Position numbers and translations under genes: made by a program
Assembly (NCBI GenBank): GCA_051294375.1
Contig: JBJCIZ010000009.1
Coordinates: forward strand, 24,701 to 88,700
Source: Paraspadella gotoi
Taxonomy: Eukaryota; Animalia; Chaetognatha
DNA length: 64,000 bases
Reading direction: 5' to 3'
The notes under the pieces: generated by a model
Seen by the model: only the letters and a program-made list of their open reading frames with translations
What the model was told of the DNA's origin: nothing
Databases searched by the model: none
In this document: positions 9,403-22,033 of the stretch, in pieces
How positions within the stretch are numbered: the stretch's first letter is position 1
How the letters are laid out: each line of letters begins with the position of its first letter

Positions 9403-11661
9403 CTGTTCTTTCATGGAAAGTCCCTGTCGGGCATAGAATGTAGTTGGCAGATCCTTCTGTATCTACATATGTTCCACCAGGTGCAATCTCGCATTTTGTT
9501 TGCCCTTTAAGGGGCTGATAATATCCAACAGGGCATTTTCGACATTCCGCTGCACCAGAACCTTTCTGGTATGTCCCTTGTGGGCATTTCAGGCAAGTCT
9601 CATCATTTAAAGGACTATAGGTTCCGGGAAGACAGTCATTGTCACACGTTACTGAGGCAGGATTTTTTCCACCCTTAGCATCTTTTGGACACTTTTTACA
9701 TTTAGTTTGACCAGATGTTTCTTGATTATATCCAATTGGACAGGGTTCACACTCTATAGTTGCAACTTTATTAGTAAAATGGCCAGGATCACAATCAATA
9801 CAATGTCTTTGCCCTGCATGTTGCTGGTAGGAGCCTTTGTGGCACCTTTTACATTTGTGTTGCCTTGGATGTTTATTATAATGTCCTGGTTCACATTTTG
9901 TGCATTTGGAAGAACCATTTATAGGTGCAATTACTCCTGGAAAACAAACTTTACATCTAATAGAATGAGGCTTTTCTGCATACTCCCCCAATGGACATTT
10001 GTTGCAGAAAGCCATACCCAACTCTGGAGCAAAATGTCCTTTTTCACAAGGCAGGCATTCAGTAGCTCCTAAATCTGGAGAGTGGGTGCCATGTGAACAT
10101 GGTAAGCAATCAGAAGCCCCTAATTGATCATTATGATAACCCATCTCACATAATTGGCATGGGTCATTTCCGCTAATATTTTTGTATGTTCCCAATGGAC
10201 ATTGAACACATGTATTCTTTTCAGTTTCAGATGCAGTATAACCTGGTGGGCAGTGTTTTGTACAGTTGTGAACATTTTCGTGAATTGTAACAAAGTGCTT
10301 GCATTTGTGACATTTTGTTGGATCCCTTGGTGTTTCACACTGGCCCAACCCTTTACACTCTTCATGACACTCACGGAGACAAACACCTCCTTGCATTTTC
10401 CACAATGTATCACAAACTACATTATCTTTTTTCTCCTGGAAAACATTCACGGCACAAAAGTTGATACGTTTTTCTCCAGTACCAAATGCATAGTATTTTA
10501 GATGCTGTCTCTTTCCTCGTGTGTTAAATCTTTTGGAGGCATATACTTTTCCTACATCCGATCCAGGAGGCATTTTCCCATATTGGATAGCTAGGTCATT
10601 GTTTGATAAATGATAAACACATACAAAATATTCATCAGTTAAGATTCTATCTCCCAAAGATCCGATTCCTGGAAGAACTCTGGAATAAACCAACTTCAAT
10701 CCCTTATAAAAAGCAACACCTTCATCAGTGATCTGCACATAATACCAGGTTGAAGATTGTTTTGGAATGGTTGCAAAGATAACAAATATATCTCCCTCTG
10801 ATGCAGCAATGAAATTGACACAAGTATGATTTTGATTGATGTCTAAAATGTGTGCATTGGACCATTTGACATTACAAGGTATTGATGGTTCACTAGCATC
10901 AGGGTTAGAAGCATTTAAAGTTGAAACTTCCAGAACTTTAGCTACAGGAAAGTTGATAAATGTCGGATCTAAATCTGGAAATATTTTTTTATTCACTTTA
11001 TAGTCTGTTTCATCCATAATTAAAAATCCCCCCACGTCATAGGTAAGGACAACCCCAAGAATACAAACCGGGTTTTTGAGTGAGTTGGTTTCAGGAAGTT
11101 GGCATCCAGCCAAAGGGTTTACTGCTTCTGTATCCGGATCCATGGCAAACCATTTTCTGCCTTCAAAGATAACGTGAAAAGCTTGTTGCTTGCCAATAAC
11201 ATCCGATATATCCAAAGGCATCTCAAATTGAACTTTGAATTTCTCTGATTTTAATTTAAAATAGGTCATAACATTGGTTTTGTTGCCTGTACCTTTCCCA
11301 GCATACTCTAATGTATCTGTTTCACAACCAGGATATCCACCATGAAGTAGAAAAGTATTAGTTTGTGCGGGTCCTTCTTCTAAATATACAGCTACAGCTT
11401 GTTGTAAAGCATCCAGCTTCATGTCCAGCTTTTCTCGAAGATTCTCAAGACTATTGTAACGGCAAAAAATCCTTGCTTGGTTTCTTTTTTTAGATTCATT
11501 CCTTGTGATGAAATCCCCAGGGGGGTTATAATACTTTTTTCCAGTTAACTTATCTTTCTTTAAGTTTTTTGAAAATTGTGGGTTTGTACCAGTACAACCA
11601 AAGTCAACTTCTCCCAAAGGAAATAATGTATCCATGTTGACATTTAACAGTTCAGTGATTT
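9403..11661 (-). CDS. Large internal exon of a cysteine-rich extracellular protein (furin-like Cys-rich module plus ~16 ephrin-receptor-like/GCC2-GCC3-type 17-aa repeats)
   Basis: Uninterrupted 786-codon ORF, acceptor ttttcag at 11662 and donor G|gtaaag at 9402. Contains CHEECKGLGQCETPRDPTKCHKCKH followed by CxxCxxG[T/Y/H/E][Y/F/H] units every 17 aa. A preceding aromatic beta-rich domain may be FAMeT-like (unverified). Confidence 0.9.
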
Positions 11662-11708
11662 CTGAAAACACAAACATTTTATTAAACCTTTTACTGATCA
11701 ATCATTAC

Positions 11709-11770
11709 CTGGAGACTGTATATCAATTTTTTTTGCATCATTTGGCAAACCTTTAATAGCTAATATCTTG
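11709..11770 (-). CDS. Upstream small exon of the same gene (5' boundary uncertain)
   Basis: Reads KILAIKGLPNDAKKIDIQSP and joins in phase (G|AA ATC ACT) across a 47-nt gtaatg...ttttcag intron (11662-11708). Confidence 0.65.
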
Positions 11771-12059
11771 GCTTAAGGATTAAATATTTAAAATCCCTTA
11801 GAGAGTTTTATTTGTATAACCAAATCATAGTTTCTTATAAAATCTGTAATTTGGTCAAGGACGATTTGGCTTAAAAAAACTAATAGTCTTTCGTAATAAT
11901 AATTTTTTAACCTTATTTATAAACCACAACAAAAAATTTAGTAATAAGGTTATTAATAGCTTTATTTTGTATGCTGGCTGAATAACATATCATTTTTTTC
12001 TAAAAATCCTGATTTTTTAAAACCGGAAGTGGTACGACGCAAAAACTGGCATTCAGGGA

Positions 12060-12430
12060 AATTTATTATTGTGTTATTGTTTTCTCCACTAAATTTGGAA
12101 CAAGAAACTTTGCAGGTATCAGGAACTTTCAAAAATGCATGGTATTTCTGGGAGCTCTAATGGACAGACGGACAGCGTTTTTTTGTTTAAAATTTAAAGC
12201 CAAAACATGTCCCTATGTAAAAATAAAAATCATTGTAAATGAATAAATAAACTTTGTTTTTCTCTAAATCTACAAAAACAACGAAACGAAAGGAAATTAA
12301 CACAATGTTTAATATATCATAATATGATGTTCTTAGATAATATAAGTGACTTACCGACAAGATTTTGGGGGGGGGGACCGATGGACCAACAAAGTTGATT
12401 ATAGAGTCGAAAGCAGACCCGAATAAAAAT
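12060..12430. mobile_element. Possible Helentron/HINE (DINE-1-like) non-autonomous remnant
   Basis: ggacagacggacag microsatellite-like tract, and a terminal tatagagtcg...cgaataaaaa next to an A-run. Related ends at about 5075-5215 and 33398-33560. Confidence 0.35.
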
Positions 12431-14891
12431 CTCAGTAATTTTGGATCGCTTTAGCTTCTTTGTGACGGCGTCGTCATTGTCTGCATCGGCGTCACACTTT
12501 TTTATTATGTAAAAAGTGGAGATGGAGTCACCCTTTTTCTCTAAGGGTACAGCTGGCTCAAGCGGCTAAAAAGACAAGACTGCCTCTACTGCTAAAGTTC
12601 ACATCGTCCAAGCTACTGCAGATCCTAAGGCCAAACAACCTTCAGCATCTGCAGAAACTCCAACTCCAGCGGCCAAGGAACCTCAGAAACCAGCTGGCAG
12701 AAAACCGAAGCAGCAGCAGTCAGGGAAGCAGCTGGTGGATAAGGAAGCCAAGGAATTCAAGTCTGGATCCGGAATCCCAGACTCCACTGCTGCAACAAAA
12801 AGATCATCCTGTCAGGCATTTAATTCAGATCATGCTGTTATTGAATGCTCATTGTTCAAATCTAAGTCATTGCCTGAACGAGTTTTTCAGATGAGCACCG
12901 AAAGCTGCTATAGATGCTTACGGCGTGGGCATATGCAACCAGATTGTCAGGCCAAGACCGTGTGTAATACCTGCAATTCGGACCAACACACTCTTCTACA
13001 TCGGAATGTTGTTCCTCAGCCTCGAGTTACCAGTGCTACAGCACAGGTGGCGTCATCCCCAGCCTACCGTCCTATTGTTGCAATTCGTGCAAAGGGTCCA
13101 GACAAGGTAACAGAAGTTTATGCTTTACTGGATTCTGGCAGTAATTGGACCTTGTGTTCAAGGAGGCTGGTAGAGGAGTCGGATTTGAAGACTCTTCTGT
13201 GGAGATTCAGGTGGCCACTCTTGATACCATTAAAGGTGGTGAGAGAGATCAGGTCGATTTTGTTTTAGAGTCTTCACGAGTTGGATAGAAATGAAATTTA
13301 TGTGATAATTGATACTGATCTCAGCACACTTATTATGGCAAAGTTGAAGATAATGTTGGTTTAGGAAGGCCGCCTTCTAAAGCAGAAGGCTGGAGCTCCA
13401 ACCAATCTGATATGAAAGATATTAAAGATGATCAACAGCAAGCTGTTTCGATGAGCTCCTCTGAGTGTGAGCCAGTAGATCAATGTCAATCTATTGTGAA
13501 CTTACAAAGAGGTGGCAAGTCCGGACTTACAGCATTGCGCACCTTGTGGGGTTGGGTAGTGACTGGAAGGGGATCTGATACTGGCCCAGTCATGTCTGCC
13601 TTTATCACCCTGGATAACGAAGCACTGACTTGTCGGCTAGACTGTTGTTTCAGGTGGGATTTTGGAGACTCACCTCATGAAGGAAGGTCAGTCCCGTGAA
13701 GACATTGAAGCAGAAAAGATCTTCAGAGATTTGATTGAATTATTTGATGGTCATTTTTGCTTGGCTTTTCCATGGAAAGGTGGCAGAAAGGCTGCTGCAA
13801 TGAATCTGGCAAAAGTCAATCAAGCCATGGCGATTTGCCGTGCTAAGAGGGGCCACGCCAACTTGATCCAAGACCCTGAAGCTTTTGAGACTGTAAACGG
13901 GTGATGAATGGCTGAGGGATGGAGTAGCTTCTGAACCTTCAGAAGTTGATGACCCCCTTCAGCCATCTGGACAATGCCAGTGGTACTTGTACAAAGACCT
14001 GATAAGCCTGGAAAGGTCAGGATCTGCCATGACGCAAAGGCTGAAGTTCGTGGAATAAGCCTGAACAGTCAGCTCATGGCGGGCCAGATCTGACCAGTAT
14101 ATTGGTGGGAATCCTCCTGAGATTCCGGGAGAAGCCCATTGTGCTCATGTCAGATGTGAAAGGATTCTTTCACCAGGTGAAGGTTTCCCCACCTGACACT
14201 GAGGCCCTAATATTTGCATTTTGGCATAATTCTGAGGTTTTTAAACCCAGGATCCTGAAGGCCTTGGTGACAGTGTTTGGATTGAACCTTCCCATCTGCA
14301 TGCGCTTTTGTTGTTAAGTATTTGGCCGATCTTCCTCGTGAGATAAACCACCCTGTCACAATTTAAGCGGTTAAACGGGACCTTTATGTTGATATGAATG
14401 GACAGAATTCTGTCCAAGATGCAATACAAACTTCACAAGAACTGACGGGAATGTTTGCTGCTGGAGGCTGTGACCTACTCAAGTGGCGATCCAATCATCC
14501 CGAGGTTCGGCGTGCCATTGGCGATTGTGGGCCATCAAGTCCTGAGGAGGTCCTGGATCCTGACAAGCTGGTGGGCAAAGCCCTCGGTATAGCCTTCGAT
14601 TGAGGGATAGATGATTTTGTCTTTAATGTTGGTCACTAAGGCGTAGTAAAATTCCTAAATTTAACTTTAATTAAAATTCTAAAAGTAAGGAACGAACAAC
14701 ATTATACTAATAAACAATTATATAATAAAAAAATTTATAATAAATTTTACAATTTACGTAGTAGGCCATATTTATACTAATACTAATCCAATAAATGTTA
14801 AAATTTCAAAACAGTTTTTTCTAAGATTTTTTTGCAGATTTGGATTCGTCATAAAAAGTTTATAAAAAGAAATATAACTCTTCTTGATTTT

Positions 14892-15062
14892 GAGATGAAA
14901 CGAAAAATTTGTTGTAATAGCAATTTTTATTTTTATTATTGTACATGTTTCGACTCTTAGTGTTACGAGTCTTCATCAGCAAGACTCGTAACACTAAGAG
15001 TCGAAACATGTACAATAATAAAAATAAAAATTGCTATTACAACAAATTTTTCGTTTCATCTC
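14892..15062. repeat. Perfect palindrome, 82-bp arms and 7-nt loop; probable inverted Penelope pseudo-LTR remnant
   Basis: 14892-14973 is the exact reverse complement of 14981-15062, with loop catcagc. Absent from the sister MITE copy at 44930-45335. Confidence 0.9.
14939..14982 (-). ncRNA. Minimal type I hammerhead ribozyme motif (Penelope-like)
   Basis: Minus strand reads UUG-CUGAUGA-a-GACUC-guaacacuaa-GAGUC-GAAAC-AU-GUA-CAA. It has the core CUGAUGA and GAAA, a 5-bp stem II, a palindromic ACAUGU stem III, a GUA cleavage triplet and a 3-bp stem I. Confidence 0.75.
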
Positions 15063-17912
15063 TAAACTATTTTAAATAGCAAAAAAGAAAGTCAAAATAC
15101 AAAACTATTTTTGAAAAATTCCTTCATTAAGTTGGTCAAAAATTAGAAAAAGCTATATTTTAAGCTGAAAATTAACTTTTTATATATTAAATATATTTTT
15201 TTTAATTTTTAACCCACTTAATGAAAGAATTTTTAAAAATAATTTATATTTTCTTTTATCAACTTTTGACGAGGAATTCAAATCTGCAATCAAAGTTAAA
15301 AAAGCCTATTTTGAAATTTTATATATATATAAATATATAAATATAGCCTACTGCGAAAATTAAAAAACATAAATTTAATTTTTTTTATAAATTAATGTTC
15401 ACTGATGGTATGTTGTTCATAATTGACTTTTAGAATTTTCGTATGTAACTTTCACTACGCCTTATTGGTCACCTTAAGGAGGGGGAATTGGTCAAGACCA
15501 AGTGGCAGTTATTAGGAGTTGTTGCATCCCTCTACGACCCACTGGGGATTGTCTCTCCCCTTCCCCTCTTTTCCAGGCGCATTCTTCAGCGTTTGTGCGA
15601 GAAAGGGTGTGACTGGGATGATCCCCTCCCTGAAGATGAACTTCAAAAATTTGTAGAGTGGAGAGAATCCTTGAGTAGCATTGAGTCAGTGTGGCTCATT
15701 GGGTTTGGAGAAGTTGTCGACAGGCAGCTCCACCTGTTGGGTGATACCATGAAGCATATGGTGCAGTGGGCTAGGTCCGATCTGCTGATACCCAGGGAAA
15801 TGTCCATTTGGCTTTCTTGGAGTCGCGGTCGAGGGTAGCTCCCTTTAACCAGAGAAATAAGGCAGTAGAGGAGACGCTTTCATGTCTTGAACTAAGTGCT
15901 GTGGAAGTTATTCTTTGCAGAAGTGAAGAAGTTTTCGATTTCAAAGGCTAATATGAGACGAGATTTGGTCAGGGTGTTCTCCGTTGAGAAAGCTAGACCC
16001 CTTTGTTGATCATGCCAGCACCCTTAGGGTTGGCGGCAGGCTTGACAGGGCAGAAGAGGACTTCCAGACAAAACACCCATGGATTTTACCGGCCTCACAT
16101 CTTGTCAGAGATTTGATGCAGAAGAAAGATGAAGAGTTGGCCCATGGAGGTGTGGAGGCGACTTTGGCTCATCTTTGGCAGAATTATTGGATTATTGGGG
16201 CACGCACAGCTATGAGATCAGTCCGTTGGCATTGCTTCCAATGTTGTAAAGATGGCTCCACTTCTTGCCGATAGTGTGACGCCGGGTCACCCTTTCCTCT
16301 CTACTGGAGTTGATATCTTTGGCCCTTTTACCATCAGATTGGGCCATCGAGGCAGTGGCAAAAGATGGGTAGCGCTCTTTACCTATCTCCGCACTCAAGC
16401 TGTGCACTTGGAGGACGGACAGCTTTATCTTGGCATTGTTGCGTTTAATGCGCTGCGGCCAGGAGTTTGTCACATCTTCTCAGATTGCGGCACCAACTTC
16501 AAGGGTGCGAATCGTGAGTTGACAGAAGAGTTAGAGAGATGCCGAGCATGTCTGGCTGAAGTTGTGCGGTTTTCGTGGCGCTTTAATGCACCACAGGTGA
16601 GGCACCAAGGCGAAGCGTGGGAAAGACTTGTTAGATCATGTAAGGAGGCAATGTGGTTTGCCCTTGATTGGAGAGGATTCCACAACCTCCGGCCCAAGGT
16701 TTTTACTACCCTTGTGGCTGTGGTCGGGGGTATTCTCAATCGGCGCCCTATCACTAGGACGTCTGGAGACCCTGGAGACCCTTTGGCCCTTACCCCCAAT
16801 CTACTTTATCCTGGAGTTCCTGCTCTCTCTTCTTCAGAGATTGTGCCGCTAGGTGAGGCTGGAGATGCTCACAGGCGAGTTTTGAAGCAGTTGAAGAGCC
16901 TCGTGGATTCCTTCTGGAAGAGATGGAGAATAAGGTACCTCTGAGATTTGCAGCAAAGACAGAAATGGTTGGCTTCAAGATGAAGTCTCAAAGTAGGAGA
17001 TTTGGTCCTTGTTGTTAATGATACAGTACCAAGTGATTGTTGGAACATGGCAATCGTCACCAAGACTCTTCCTACAGATGGTTGGTCCGGAAGGAAGTCC
17101 TTCAGACAGCCTCTGGAAAGCGCCTTCACCAAGACTGGACGGGTTTGGTGCTTTTAGAGGCAGATGAAGAGGATGCAACAGCTGATGAAACAACTCAGGT
17201 CACTGAAGCCAGCGACGTTGATGCTGCAACTGAACCAGCAATAGACGAAGATGCGTTGCAAGCTCCTCCGGGCGGTCAGCAGATGGAGGGGGAAGTGCCT
17301 TCATCCCAAGTGGCAGAAGCACCTCAACCACGGAAGTACTGGCGACCTCGCAAGCAACGTCCGCCCCCCCTTGATCATGCTTGGTTAGATCAGCCCGGGC
17401 AGCTAAGGAGCTGTCGTAACAGGTCGGATATTGATTAATTGATATTAAGGTCAAGATAAAAACCGAGTTTGTCATTTATTGGAACTGTTTATTTGCTATG
17501 CTGCTCGTGTTGCTGACCTGATTAATTTAATTTAGGTTCCGGTCAAGATTTGGTAAATTTACCTGGCTTTGAATTGGACTCAAAATTTTGAATACCGGAT
17601 CCTTGGTTGTATTATGTTTTAATTTAATTAGCGACATAGTATATATTTTGTTATTGCATAGAACTATTGACTTGTAAGTTTCTGAGTCAGGAACTTGTCT
17701 GTAGCATGCTAAACTTGTTTTTAGTTTAAATTTGATTAAACCCTTTTATTTGAATCTAAGAACTAGGTTAACTATATTTAATTTAAATTAAGTTTAATTT
17801 AATTTGAATTTAATTCCGATACTAATTATTTTTTCTTTAATAACAGATTTGAACTTTCTTTCAGCTCAGTATAAATTTATTTGAAATATTTGAAATTTGG
17901 AAACTTTTTTTT

Positions 17913-18496
17913 TGTTTGAGCAGCTCTCTCATCCGATTCCCGAGGTGATCAGGCGCGTAGGTCAAGTGGACCCGCGGAACTCCGGCGCGCCCCGAATTCG
18001 AAAAGGCTCGAATGGAGGGTGTTTTGACGGTCGTGGCGGCCGACGCGAGCGTTCCGCGCGCGAATAAAGTTCAACGTCCGCGGGAGTCACGCGCGGACGA
18101 CATCGCGATCGAGACGGCCCAAATAATAGGAAAAGTTTTACAACTGATTCAGTCGCGAAGAAAGGGGGAAAAAGGGGGACAATGGTATCCGTCTTATTTT
18201 TAACTTTAGCAATGTTTTAGAGAGAGAAAGTCGTTGCCTCTAGAACGTTCAACGTTTTTAACATCTCGCCGTTGGGGTTTATTTTTATTGATTTTATACG
18301 CACGTTTTTATATATTTTAACCTCGAAATTAAAGAATTAATTTCACACCTCGTTTTTATGAAACAAACATTTTATCTCCGTTTATCGTCGCCAATTGTTT
18401 GTTGACAAATAAACTCGCCAACCTGTTCCAAAACTGAACGTTATTTAAATAAGAACTAAAGTCAGCCAACGTGATCGAGACTACAGAGGCACAACA
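17913..18496 (+). mobile_element. Putative 3' LTR of the Pao element
   Basis: Lies downstream of integrase and an AT-rich 3' region. Begins tgt, contains a CpG-rich block and aataaa near 18407, and ends caaca. No second LTR is visible to confirm it. Confidence 0.4.
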
Positions 18497-19649
18497 CTAT
18501 TTTTAATAAGCTTCTTTTTTTTTTTTGTATCTTTAGAAATAGTCTCCCTTTACTTGCTTCACGTCTCACGCTCATGTTATGTCTACTACAATAAATATTA
18601 CTAAATTTACATTCTTCGAATCTCTATAAATAAATAGCAAGTCAGAAAACACTAGCTCGCTCACGGCGTTACGGTAAAATCCTCAATAATGTATGTATGT
18701 TTTCTATGTATGTACTCATTCGCTAAAGTTTAACCGTGTCCAAAATACATTGTACTGTAACTACTTATTTTCTATTCTATGTCGTGGCTTTCCGAAGAAT
18801 GATATGATAAATTTTTTCACAAAACGCTTAATTAATTTGTTAAAAATAGTTGTATAGTTGTATCGTTGTAATTGCCATGTATTTGCGGAAAATATTATTT
18901 TAATATGCAGTATTTCTAATTACACCATTTAAGTAGTAACACTGACCTGATGACCATAAATCTAAGCGACTACTGGCGCCGCCTTTTGTTTTTAAAGAAA
19001 TCTTATAAACTATAAGGAATAAATGACATGATAAGTAAAAAGAAAAGTAATGCGGCGCAACACCTTGGAATAACCGTTCCTTGTTTCTTTATTTGTCGGA
19101 AATCTCACGTTAAAGCGTCCAAAACGGGCTGAAAGTCGAACTCTCAATAAGGCAGGAGTGAGAAAGAATCTCACGCTCATTTTAAAAATATTATGCTTGA
19201 GAAAAGGTAGCGGAAAACACAGATTCTTTTTTTTTGTAATCCAAATATGAACACGGAGAAAGTTTATTAATCAAAAAAATAAAATGTTTTATTATAGTAA
19301 AGCGATCGAAACTGGTCTCTGGGTTATACAAGCGATATCTTTTTAGTCAGATTCGCAAAGTTCACGCGGAATCTCAGTTCACGCGAACTTTCACATGAAC
19401 CTGAAAGACCCAAACAGACGAGCGGAGATCCCTCACAAATCCTTTTCTTTTTTTCACCGCAAAGCCTTCACGCGGCTCACGATCTTTCACAAGATTCTTT
19501 TGCTTCGGTGACACGGAAAAAACTTTGGCAGAAGAAAGAGAGAGAGAGAATCTCACAAACAAAGGAGCATCGAGTGTGAGAGAAATTTGATGGGCATTAC
19601 GGTATTACGGCATTTAGAAATGCTGTGAATATTTTCTTACTTCGTAAAA

Positions 19650-20025
19650 AATATACTCTGTCTCTCTTTCTTTTTCTATCTTTATTTCTCATTTACTATC
19701 ATCTTTCGTTGTCTTTTATTGTTTCATTCTTTTCTCTTTCTCTTTTTCTGTCTTTCTTTCTTGCTGCTTCTCTCTTTCTCTCTTTCTTTCTTTCTCTTTC
19801 TCTCTATCTCTCTCTGTCACTCTCTCTCTAGCACGTACAACCCTACACGCCATCTCGCGGCCGCAGAAACAACACACAACAAAAAAAGGGCGGGACGGCG
19901 GAAGAATCCATTGCAACCAAAACGAGAGACATAAAGAGGAGAAAAAAGTTCCACTAATGAAGCAATAAAACTCAAATGAACCATTTTCTCTTTTTTTTTC
20001 TGTTATGTTGCTTGCTCTCTCTCAC

Positions 20026-20096
<71 letters not shown>

Positions 20097-20227
20097 ATCT
20101 TTCTTTCTTTCTTTCTCGCTTTATATTTTTTCTCTCTCTTTCTCTATCTCTCTATCTTTTTTTGTCTTGCTTTCTTTCTTTTTCTGTCTTTCTCTTACTG
20201 TTTCTCTCTCTTTCTCTATCTCTCTTT

Positions 20228-20276
<49 letters not shown>

Positions 20277-20880
20277 CTCTCTCTATCTCTCTCTCTCTCT
20301 CTCTCTCTGTTTCTCTCTCTATCTCTCTCTCTTTCATTCTTTCTTTTTCTTTTTTTCTCCATCTCTTTTCATCACACCCCCTGTCTCTCTCATTCCCCCT
20401 CCCACAGACTCTCTCTGTCTCTGTCTTTATTTCTCTCACCCCCTCTCTCTCTCCCTCTCTCCTCTCCTTCTTTAAGTCTCTCCCCGCAACCAGACCAACA
20501 ACAACGACAACAACAACCAGACCAACATCTCAAACGGAAAAAAAAAATTCATTCCTTAATCACACGATTAAGAAGCCACAGCAAACATAGAGATTAATTC
20601 AGCGTAAATAAAAGACGTTTAGTTATGTAATTAACTTTTATTTAAAAAATATTTTTTTCAAGTCGTTATATCATTTCATTAATTCTGTTTTCTCTCATTC
20701 CTCTTTGGCTCTTTTCATTAACTCTCCTTTTCTTTTTCCTCTCTCTCTCTCTCCTCTCTCTTTTTTCTCCCTTCTATACTCTCTTCTTCTCCCTCTCCAT
20801 TTTTCTCTTCCCTCTCTCTCTCCTCTCCTCCTCCCCCCGCCCCTTCAACCCCCTCCTCACCCGCCCCCTCTTTCACCCTC
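19650..20880. repeat. (CT)n/(CTTT)n microsatellite and polypyrimidine tract
   Basis: Directly visible simple repeats. Confidence 0.95.
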
Positions 20881-21112
20881 TTCCCGACCCCACGATTTCT
20901 GCAAATCCAGATTCTCCACACAAAAAAATCCTTTCATTTCCGATCACAGATCACTGACGACTTTTTTTAGATTCACAACCTTTTTTCACGCACTCACGCC
21001 ATCCACCGCATTAACCACCGAGTCCACACAACGTCCACAAAACGCCAACGACTCCTCCAACCACATCTCCCTCCACGCCCACTAACAAGTAAACGTTCAC
21101 AAACATTTGCTC

Positions 21113-21360
21113 TAAGTTCACCCAGCCTATAAGCATGACTCCTTCAGTCGTGACCCGGTGGATCATCGAGTAAAACCATCAGCTCATGACTGGAATCGAT
21201 CCCCATTGGTACCTCCCCTACGGAAAGCGTGAGGACGGTCGTAAACCGCCTTGGGGGTCCTAGAAAACTACCACGCCTGTTTCTAAGCCCAGGACCCGTT
21301 CCATGGCTGCTAGAGGGGGTTAAAGAAGTTGCGGATAGCACTCTTCAGCCCCACTTAGCG
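21113..21360 (+). mobile_element. tRNA-derived SINE-like family, copy 1
   Basis: gcctataag..gacccggtggatcatcgagtaaaaccatcagctcatgac..ggaaagcgtgaggac..agcccaggaccc..cttcagccc is shared with the other five copies. Confidence 0.7.
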
Positions 21361-21529
21361 CCTCAAATCCACAAACTCATTTACCACCACGCCTTCCACG
21401 TTACCCACAAAAACCACCAAAAATCCCTCTACGCCCACAACACGACCACCACCTTCGAGAACCACCTTTCACCTCATCTAAAACCTCGCGACCTGAAAAG
21501 CGAACGAATCCAGATGAAGCCAATTTCAG

Positions 21530-21964
21530 GCGACGACGATAACGACGTTTATGACGATGACGATGACGACCATGATTATGATGATGACAAAGATGATGAC
21601 ATTTACGATGAAGATTTTGATGACGATGAACACGATTACGACGATGACGACGATAACGACGTTTATGATGATGATGACGACGACGATGACAAATTAGAAT
21701 TTTGTATATTATGCTTATGAAATAAATAATATAATAAAATAATAAAATAAATCATTGTCATAACATGAGTCAGTTTTTAAAGGTATGAGCATTAAATTTT
21801 GTTTAAGAATTAATGGCTTTTATTAAAATTAAGGTCTTTTTTGTATCAAAATGAATGACTTTCTTTTCTCTATACTCTCCCCTTAAGAGATGAATCTTTT
21901 TCTCATAACTAATCGTCTCCTTAAAAACGGTCGCCTCCGAGGAGGCTAAGTGCTCGAAAAATGG

Positions 21965-22033
<69 letters not shown>

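Larger units (their letters stand above)
14637..15464. mobile_element. Non-autonomous hAT-type MITE (828 bp) inserted in the Pao pol
   Basis: TIRs taaggcgtagt(a/g)aa and a perfect 8-bp TSD ttggtcac (14629-14636 and 15465-15472). Excision restores DDFVFNVGHLKEGELVKTKW. Confidence 0.92.
12545..17170 (+). mobile_element. Degenerate BEL/Pao LTR retrotransposon, gag-pro-RT-RNaseH-integrase
   Basis: Zinc knuckles CYRCLRRGHMQPDC/CNTCNSDQHTLLH; protease YALLDSGS; RT GILLRFREKPIVLMSDVKGFFHQV; TKWQLLGVVASLYDPLG; LRVGGRL..KHPWILP; integrase GVDIFGPF, FSDCGTNFKGA, WERLVRS, ILNRRP, FWKRW. Many stops and frameshifts. Confidence 0.95.

Noticed and set aside
9707-10501. Plus-strand and alternative-frame ORFs overlapping the Cys-rich exon
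   Set aside because: Shadow ORFs of the real minus-strand CDS.
17183-18960. Other ctgatga occurrences (about 17183 and 18947) as hammerheads
   Set aside because: No stem II plus GAAA in the required arrangement.
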